Assembly: GCA_964492125.1 (NCBI GenBank)
Contig: CAZBJE010000001.1
Coordinates: 4,018 to 68,017, forward strand
Direction: 5' to 3'
DNA from: an uncultured Pseudobdellovibrionaceae bacterium
GTDB taxonomy: Bacteria; Bdellovibrionota; FAC87; UBA2466
Length of the DNA: 64,000 nucleotides
The notes beneath the pieces were generated by a model. That model ran no database searches. It was not told where the DNA came from and was given only the letters and a program-made list of their open reading frames with translations. Each line of letters opens with the position of its first letter. Position 1 is the stretch's first letter. Positions 58,501-64,000 of the stretch are shown here, piece by piece. Both the position numbers and the translations under genes were made by a program.

Positions 58501-58792
58501 AGTTCAAAGCGGTCTGGCCGCCCATGGTGGCCAGCATGGCTTGGGGCCGCTCTTTGCGGATAACGTCTTCTACATATTCCGGACGCAAGGGCTCGACGTA
58601 GGTTTTGTCGGCCATTTCCGGGTCGGTCATGATGGTGGCGGGGTTGCTGTTGACCAGCACCACTTCATAGCCCTCTTCCCGCAACGTTTTGCAGGCTTGA
58701 GTTCCCGAATAGTCAAATTCACACGCCTGACCGATTACGATCGGACCCGAGCCCAGGATCAGGATCTTTTTAATGTCTGTACGGCGAGGCAT
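55562..58792 (-). CDS. carB: carbamoyl-phosphate synthase large subunit
   Basis: 1076 aa with two ATP-grasp halves and MGS-like C-terminal domain; N-terminus [33 protein letters not shown] is canonical CarB. Confidence 0.95.
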   Translation of the reverse strand: MPRRTDIKKILILGSGPIVIGQACEFDYSGTQACKTLREEGYEVVLVNSNPATIMTDPEMADKTYVEPLRPEYVEDVIRKERPQAMLATMGGQTALNLAMQLAKSGTLEKYGVELIGAKVRSIELGENRDLFKGVLDRCGVEYPKCGAVKSIDEGKKVVEMTGFPCVIRPSYTMGGTGASVAYNIEEFVTEVAKGLEASPVGEVLIDESVLGWKEYELEVVRDLKDNVVIVCSIENFDPMGVHTGDSITVAPAQTLTDVEYQKMRDAAIRIIREVGVETGGANVQFGVCPKTGRLVAIEMNPRVSRSSALASKATGFPIAKIATKLAIGYTLDEIHNDITKKTLSCFEPSIDYVVTKIPRFAFEKFPRSDSKLSPSMRSVGEAMAFGRTFQESVQKALRSLETKVWGFQPFGDRRKLRSGQNWVDGIRNYIKNAKADRLLWLAQGMREGLSVEEIAAITKIDPWFLRQIHRLVETESKMAEWKGRLNAIPHKELLGWKRKGFSDAGIAHFIGSTEDQVRAHRHSLKIRPSYKMVDTCAAEFESETPYLYSTYEPTSDPVKDTGRKKVVILGGGPNRIGQGIEFDYCCVRAAMALREEGYESIMVNCNPETVSTDYDVSDKLYFEPLFFEDISEILDREKALGTVVHFGGQTPLNLSRKLFKHGYPILGTSADAIDIAEDRDKFRDLCNRLAISQPNSLIVTRREQAAEAAEKLGFPLLVRPSFVLGGGGMEILYNTRDFDRWLSRGVEMSVEMPLLIDRFLNNAIEVDVDAVCDGTDVLICGTLEQIQEAGVHSGDSACVLPVQTIAPETVQELERQTRAMALALDVKGLINIQFAIENGKIFILEVNPRASRTVPFSSKARGVPYSTIAMKIMLGRKLKEFPIKPAGGNLVYVKEAVFPFNRFPGTDIVLGPEMRSTGEVMGVGKNFAEAFGKAMIGAGFRLPVTGRAFLSVKDADKAALLPIAQQLLDLGFELCGTRGTCAYLEERGFKVAVVNKVNEGRPHVVDRIKNDEIQLVINTSALGVHEVGAAYELRRATLMRNLCYFTTIASARAGAQAILEYKRNSLETHCLQERV

Positions 58793-58794
58793 TC

Positions 58795-59469
58795 TTAAAT
58801 TCGACTATTGTCGTCGTAAATCTTCTCAATCGGCATCTGGGGGTAAATGCGGTGCTTTAAGTACATTCCCACCAGCAACCAAAGCCAGGACTGGTACGTA
58901 GCATAGTCCTGAGATTTGCGAAACACGCGTACCTGGGCCTTGATGTACGGGTGGACGGCTTCCATGTGGTACGAAGGCCGGCGCACGAAACTAAAACCCT
59001 TTTTGGGATCAGTGGACCGGCTAATGAGGCGGCCTTCGACGATATCACCGCGCGAAATCCCCAGATAATCATTGGGCGCATTTTTAGGAACTAGGTAGCT
59101 CTTACCGCTATACAGATCCTTCAACTTCAGCCCGGCGTCGCCCGCACGACTCACCGAAAAGAGACTACGCGTATTGCCGCCGTGAATATGGTTCCAGTGG
59201 GAGCGCTCCTCCGCCGTTAAACCGGTCAGCATTTCGGGAAGCTGTTGTTCGAACACACACCAGTCATAGAAAAAGTCCCAGAGGTCTTCGATAAGGTCTG
59301 CGTTATCGGGCTGGGTGAGCGTCAGCCGCAAGCGGGTGTGGAAATCACGCCGCAGCTCCGTGAGGCGTTCTTTCTCCACCGTCTCAATAATACGCCGGAC
59401 TAAAACTTCAAACTCGGGATGGATCATCCCGAATTGCGGCACTGCTTGGTCTTCCATTTGCACAATCAT
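58795..59469 (-). CDS. hypothetical cytoplasmic protein embedded between carA and carB
   Basis: 224-aa ORF with no recognisable motif; start overlaps carA stop and stop abuts carB start (translationally coupled). Confidence 0.5.
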   Translation of the reverse strand: MIVQMEDQAVPQFGMIHPEFEVLVRRIIETVEKERLTELRRDFHTRLRLTLTQPDNADLIEDLWDFFYDWCVFEQQLPEMLTGLTAEERSHWNHIHGGNTRSLFSVSRAGDAGLKLKDLYSGKSYLVPKNAPNDYLGISRGDIVEGRLISRSTDPKKGFSFVRRPSYHMEAVHPYIKAQVRVFRKSQDYATYQSWLWLLVGMYLKHRIYPQMPIEKIYDDNSRI

Positions 59470-60569
59470 CGCAGGAACCCCTTTACGAAGCTTTCAAACA
59501 CGCTGTCGGCATCATGCGGCCCCGGACTGGCTTCCGGGTGGAACTGCACGCTGGAAAAAAGCATCTTCTCGGACGAAAAACCTTCGACGGTACCGTCGTT
59601 TAAACTCACGTGCGCAAGAGCGATATCGCGGCTCTGGAGATCCTCGGCTTTCACCGCAAACCCATGGTTTTGCGACGTGATCAAAATCTTGCCCGTCCGC
59701 AGGTCCTTCACCGGGTGGTTAACGCCGTGGTGACCAAACTTCAGCTTATACGTTTCACATCCCAAGGCCCGCGCCAAGAGCTGGTGTCCCATGCAAATAG
59801 CTTGGATGGGTACTTTGCCAATCAACCCCTGGATCTCGCCCACTGCGCCCGGCACGCCAGCCGGATCGCCGGGTCCATTGGACAGAACCACCGCCACCGG
59901 TTTTTCGGCCAAAACATCTTGGTGTGGGTAATGGTACGGAACGACACGAACCTTGAAGCCGTAGGATTTAAGCGAGCGCAAAATGCCGTACTTCACGCCG
60001 TAGTCGTAAACCACCACGGTGCCAGAGTCGGTGCCCTGGCCGGGGTCGAATTCCCATGGCTTTACGCAGCTCACCTGGCTCACTAATTCCAAACCGTCCA
60101 TGGACGGAATATCGGATAAGAGTTTTGCGGCATACCCTTTGACGTCATTACCAGCCGCTTGGCTCGGAAAAATCACTGCGCGCTGCGCACCTTCGCCACG
60201 CACGATGCGCGTGATTTCCCGGGTATCGACTTCGGCGATGCCGGGGACTCGGCTCTTTAACAACTGCTCGTGGAGCGACCGTTTGGAACGATAATTGGAG
60301 GGCTCGGGTTCGTATTCCCGCGCGACCACTCCTTTTAAATAGAAGTGCGGCGATTCGATATCTTGGTCGTTGAGGCCGTAATTGCCCAAGTGGGGATAAG
60401 TCATCACCACTACTTGGTGCGAATAAGAAGGATCGGTGAAAATTTCTTGGTAACCCGACATGCCGGTATTGAAAACCAGCTCCCCGCCGTTGGAGTGATC
60501 GGAGCCAAAGCCCTGACCGTGGAAAACGTGGCCATTTTCTAGATAAAGAACCGCGTCCCAAGTCGTCAT
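59466..60569 (-). CDS. carA: carbamoyl-phosphate synthase small subunit (glutamine amidotransferase)
   Basis: CarA N-domain plus GATase1 with catalytic Cys (ICMGHQLLA) and His (HPE); 367 aa. Confidence 0.9.
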   Translation of the reverse strand: MTTWDAVLYLENGHVFHGQGFGSDHSNGGELVFNTGMSGYQEIFTDPSYSHQVVVMTYPHLGNYGLNDQDIESPHFYLKGVVAREYEPEPSNYRSKRSLHEQLLKSRVPGIAEVDTREITRIVRGEGAQRAVIFPSQAAGNDVKGYAAKLLSDIPSMDGLELVSQVSCVKPWEFDPGQGTDSGTVVVYDYGVKYGILRSLKSYGFKVRVVPYHYPHQDVLAEKPVAVVLSNGPGDPAGVPGAVGEIQGLIGKVPIQAICMGHQLLARALGCETYKLKFGHHGVNHPVKDLRTGKILITSQNHGFAVKAEDLQSRDIALAHVSLNDGTVEGFSSEKMLFSSVQFHPEASPGPHDADSVFESFVKGFLR

Positions 60570-61870
60570 CGGGTTTCCTTTGAGTCCTCGGAATTATATA
60601 CCACCCGCCCGGCTACGATTGTATAGCGGACTTTCCCCTGCACTTCCCACCCCTCAAACGGGGTGTTGCGGCTCTTGGATCGAAACAGGAGCTTGTCAAT
60701 GCGGTAAGTTTTCTCGGGATCAAAAATGGAGACATCCGCATCCGCGCCTACTTTTAAAGTGCCCTTGGGGATGCCCAATACTTTTGCCGGCTCGGTGGTA
60801 AGTGACGCAATAAGTCGAGAAAGCGCTACGCCGTTTTTCAAACACATGCGGTAGTAAAGGGGGAAGGCGGTTTCCAAGCCCACCATCCCAAATTCGGCCA
60901 AATCGTACTCGACCAGCTTATCCTCGATGGCATGCGGCGCATGATCGGAAGCCACGATGTCGATGGTGCCGTCGGCCAACGCTTCCCGCACCGCGTCCAC
61001 ATCGCGCTGTTCGCGCAGGGGCGGAGCTACTTTGGTATTGGTGTCGTAATTAGCCACCGCATCGTCGGTGAGGTTCAGGTGATGAGGGGTAACTTCCGCG
61101 GTGACCCGCACACCCCGTTTTTTCGCCCAACGAACGAGATCCACACTACCCACCGTCGACAGATGGGCCACATGGATGCGAGCGCCGGTCAGCTCGGCTA
61201 ATAAAATATCGCGGGCCACGATGAGATCTTCGGAGGTGCGAGGAATCCCCCGCAGACCAAAACGGGCTGAGTTAAAACCCTCGTTCATTACGCCCTTGCC
61301 CTTGAGATTTACATCTTCGGCGTGGCTGATGACAGCGAGATCAAACTTTTTGGAATAGTCGAGCGCCTTACGCATCAGGTAGGAATTCATGACGGTTTTA
61401 CCGTCGTCTGATAGCGCGGAAATCCCGGCTTCGTACATCGATCCGATCTCGGCGAGCTCCTCGCCCTTCAGACCCTTGGTAATGGCGCCAATCGGGTAAA
61501 CATTGATCACCGAATCCGCGGCCGCTTTTTGGTGGATGTACGCGGTAATGAAAGCGCTGTCGTTTACAGGATTGGTGTTGGCCATGCAGGCGATGGAGGT
61601 CATGCCTCCCGCCGCCGCGGCCTGAGTGCCGGTAAGAATGGTTTCCTTGTTGGAGGCCCCGGGCTCGCGCAAGTGGGTGTGCATGTCGATCCAACCCGGC
61701 GTCACCACTAACCCCTGGGCTGCCAATACAGGAATGGATTTGTCGACGGGCATTTCGATGCGGCCGACCGCCTTAACTTTACCATTTTCGATCAGCAAGT
61801 CGCCGACAGTATCTAAACCCTGGCTGGGGTCGACCAGTCGTCCGCCCTGAATCAAGATCGATTTACTCAC
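60566..61870 (-). CDS. pyrC: dihydroorotase
   Basis: Amidohydrolase metal motifs (DMHTHLREPG; carboxylated-Lys region; DHAPH); 434 aa; coupled to carA and pyrB. Confidence 0.85.
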   Translation of the reverse strand: MSKSILIQGGRLVDPSQGLDTVGDLLIENGKVKAVGRIEMPVDKSIPVLAAQGLVVTPGWIDMHTHLREPGASNKETILTGTQAAAAGGMTSIACMANTNPVNDSAFITAYIHQKAAADSVINVYPIGAITKGLKGEELAEIGSMYEAGISALSDDGKTVMNSYLMRKALDYSKKFDLAVISHAEDVNLKGKGVMNEGFNSARFGLRGIPRTSEDLIVARDILLAELTGARIHVAHLSTVGSVDLVRWAKKRGVRVTAEVTPHHLNLTDDAVANYDTNTKVAPPLREQRDVDAVREALADGTIDIVASDHAPHAIEDKLVEYDLAEFGMVGLETAFPLYYRMCLKNGVALSRLIASLTTEPAKVLGIPKGTLKVGADADVSIFDPEKTYRIDKLLFRSKSRNTPFEGWEVQGKVRYTIVAGRVVYNSEDSKETR

Positions 61871-62826
61871 TTGCCACCTTCTTTGAGCACTTCGCCGCCA
61901 GTGAGCAAGTGCAGCGCAGCCATGCGAACCACCACGCCATTGGAAACCTGATTCAAAATCACACTGCGCGGTCCGTCGGCTACTTCAGTCGATAGTTCGA
62001 TTCCGCGGTTCATCGGGCCCGGGTGCATGACCAGCACGTCTGGTTTACATAGCGCGGCAACCCGATTGGTCATGCCCCAGTACTTAAGATACTCGCCCTT
62101 AGAGGGTGTTTGACCGGCCTCGAAACGCTCGAACTGGATGCGCAAAAGGATAATGACGTCTTTATCCACGACCGCTTTGTCTAAATCGTAGGAAACTTGG
62201 ACGCCCAGTTTTTCCACCTTGGGGGGAAGCAACGTGGGCGGGCCGCAAACGGTGACGTCCGCGCCCATAGTCTTCAAAAGATAAATATTGGAGCGCGCCA
62301 CTCGGCTATGAGCGATATCGCCGACTATGAGAACTTTTTGGCCCGCGATCTTGCCTTTGAACTCCTCGATGGTCATGGCGTCGAGCAAGGCCTGCGTGGG
62401 GTGTTCGTGAAAACCATCTCCCGCGTTGATGACCGGCACGTGCAAAACCTGGTTGAGAAAGTGGGGCGATCCAGCGGAGGGGTGCCGAAGCACGATGACA
62501 TCGGGTTCCATGGCTTGCAGGGTTTTCGCCGTGTCGTAGAGGGTTTCCCCTTTGCCGGCCGAGCTCCCCTCATTGCCCAGAAAAACAGTATTGGCGCCCA
62601 AACGCTTGGCGGCCAATTCGAACGAGACCCGGGTGCGAGTGCTCGGCTCAAAGAAAAAGAGCACGATGGTTTTGCCTGCCACCGGGGTCTTCAACGGAGT
62701 ATTGCGCCAGTTCTTCTTAAAGAAAAAGGCGGTGTCGAGAATTTTTCGTATTTGGTCGGCGCCGAGATTTTCCGTGCTCAGGATCGAGCGCGTTCCCAGC
62801 GCATTTTCAGAGGGTGGAACTGCCAT
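61867..62826 (-). CDS. pyrB: aspartate carbamoyltransferase catalytic subunit
   Basis: STRTR carbamoyl-phosphate motif and HPTQ/HPLP ATCase motifs; start set at ATG 62826 (track TTG start 62874 gives a non-conserved extension). Confidence 0.9.
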   Translation of the reverse strand: MAVPPSENALGTRSILSTENLGADQIRKILDTAFFFKKNWRNTPLKTPVAGKTIVLFFFEPSTRTRVSFELAAKRLGANTVFLGNEGSSAGKGETLYDTAKTLQAMEPDVIVLRHPSAGSPHFLNQVLHVPVINAGDGFHEHPTQALLDAMTIEEFKGKIAGQKVLIVGDIAHSRVARSNIYLLKTMGADVTVCGPPTLLPPKVEKLGVQVSYDLDKAVVDKDVIILLRIQFERFEAGQTPSKGEYLKYWGMTNRVAALCKPDVLVMHPGPMNRGIELSTEVADGPRSVILNQVSNGVVVRMAALHLLTGGEVLKEGGK

Positions 62827-63059
62827 GTTTGAGCTTTGAGGCGGTACATTATGCGAAACAGCCCTACATTGCAATACTCCCCCCCTTGTCCCTGGAACAC
62901 CCTAGCCCAGGCCGGCCAACAAGGGCTTACCTAGGCCAAACCCCGCGGAACCCCCGCGAGGACCCGATCGTAAGGCATTGATAACGTGGGCCTTTGGGGG
63001 CTGCGGTTGCTTTGCGAGGGCACGTAAGCTATGAGTTTTAGTCTCTTTTTGGAGGTTCG

Positions 63060-63935
63060 ATGTCCGAGATGAAATTGAAAACGGGATTAGCGGAAATGCT
63101 CAAGGGCGGCGTCATCATGGATGTCGTGAATCGCGAGCAAGCGCAGCTTGCTGAAAAAGCAGGCGCCGTCGCTGTCATGGCGCTCGAGCGTGTGCCGGCC
63201 GACATTCGCAAAGAAGGCGGCGTTGCACGCATGGCGAATGCCGAAATCATTCTCGACATCATGGACACCGTTTCGATTCCCGTAATGGCAAAAGCGCGCA
63301 TCGGCCATTTTGTGGAAGCACAAGTTTTGGAAGCGCTCGGCGTAGACTATATCGACGAGAGCGAAGTACTCACTCCCGCTGACGAGCAGTACCACATCGA
63401 TAAATTTGCCTACACGGTGCCGTTTGTTTGCGGCGCGCGGAATTTGGGCGAAGCGCTCCGTCGCATCGGCGAAGGCGCCGCCATGATCCGGACCAAAGGC
63501 GAAGCCGGTAGCGGAAATATCGTCGAAGCAGTGCGCCACTTGCGCATGCTGCGTTCGCAGATGCGTCGCCTCACCACGCTAGGCGCGGAAGAATTAATGA
63601 ACGAAGCCAAAGAACTCGGCGCCCCGTTGGCGCTGGTGAAGATGGTCGCCCAAACCGGCAAGTTGCCCGTCCCCAACTTCGCGGCCGGCGGCGTTGCCTC
63701 CCCCGCCGATGCGGCCCTTTGCATGCAGCTCGGCGCGGAAGCGGTGTTTGTGGGCTCGGGAATTTTTAAGTCCGAAAACCCGGAAAAGCTGGCCCACGCG
63801 GTAGTGGAAGCCACCGCCAATTTTGCCGATCCCCAAGTATTGGCTCGTTGCTCGCGCGGCTTAGGCGCAGCGATGCGCGGGATCGAGATCAGCACCCTGC
63901 GCCCCGAAGAGCGCTTGCAGGAACGTGGCTGGTAA
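63060..63935 (+). CDS. pdxS: pyridoxal 5'-phosphate synthase lyase subunit PdxS
   Basis: Highly conserved PdxS/Pdx1 sequence ([11 protein letters not shown]...[13 protein letters not shown]...[15 protein letters not shown]); 291 aa. Confidence 0.95.
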   Translation: MSEMKLKTGLAEMLKGGVIMDVVNREQAQLAEKAGAVAVMALERVPADIRKEGGVARMANAEIILDIMDTVSIPVMAKARIGHFVEAQVLEALGVDYIDESEVLTPADEQYHIDKFAYTVPFVCGARNLGEALRRIGEGAAMIRTKGEAGSGNIVEAVRHLRMLRSQMRRLTTLGAEELMNEAKELGAPLALVKMVAQTGKLPVPNFAAGGVASPADAALCMQLGAEAVFVGSGIFKSENPEKLAHAVVEATANFADPQVLARCSRGLGAAMRGIEISTLRPEERLQERGW

Positions 63936-64000
63936 AACCAAAGTAGGGATACTCGCGCTCCAAGGCGCCACTGAACCGCACGCGCGTTGCTTAGAACGAG

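Overview
This is a 64-kb, high-GC (roughly 58-60% by eye) bacterial chromosomal segment, densely coded on both strands and mixing housekeeping, envelope and motility genes. I found no rRNA, tRNA, CRISPR array, IS element or prophage.

Gene content, left to right:
- a secreted lipase-like hydrolase
- a minus-strand monosaccharide ABC importer operon (binding protein, two-domain ATPase, permease)
- a secreted protein with a single CxxCH motif
- a pilW/pilF-like TPR lipoprotein followed by rodZ
- an AlkA-like glycosylase and a lysophospholipase-like hydrolase
- a PduO-type corrinoid adenosyltransferase coupled to a redoxin
- flbD-motA-motB
- a minus-strand division operon: PpnN/LOG-like protein with a Lys-rich tail, GT-B glycosyltransferase, ftsQ, ftsA, ftsZ, small membrane protein
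- a VKOR-DsbA fusion
- a stand-alone HNH endonuclease bracketed by two copies of a 19-bp palindromic repeat, next to a 540-bp T-poor non-coding tract
- a 501-aa secreted hypothetical, a 154-aa hypothetical, hpt and a polysaccharide deacetylase
- an OMP-like beta-barrel and a secreted AGE-family protein
- a 14.5-kb minus-strand flagellar locus in Bacillus/spirochete-like order (flgB, flgC, fliE, fliF, fliG, fliH, fliI, fliJ, ylxF/MotE-like, fliK, flgD, flagellar operon protein, flgE), headed by a sigma54 promoter match, a receiver-less sigma54 activator and a 772-aa TPR protein
- lipoprotein-mlaE-mlaF-mlaD and an NtrC/FleQ-like sigma54 regulator
- thiL, M24 and M15 peptidase-like genes
- a Pro-Val dipeptide-repeat Cys-rich small secreted protein
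- a GATase1 protein, an HD-GYP protein, recG and greA
- a pyrimidine operon, carB-(unknown 224-aa ORF)-carA-pyrC-pyrB
- pdxS

The most unusual loci are the repeat-flanked HNH gene with its adjacent non-coding tract, the unknown ORF wedged between carA and carB, the receiver-less sigma54 activator plus sigma54 promoter at flgB, and the non-canonical ftsQAZ operon neighbours (PpnN-like protein with a histone-like tail, glycosyltransferase, small membrane protein).

All calls rest on motif recognition by eye. Start codons are approximate, and several ORFs use GTG or TTG starts. Taxonomic placement is unresolved; the Mla system, OMPs and lipoboxes indicate a diderm, possibly a delta/Bdellovibrio-like lineage.
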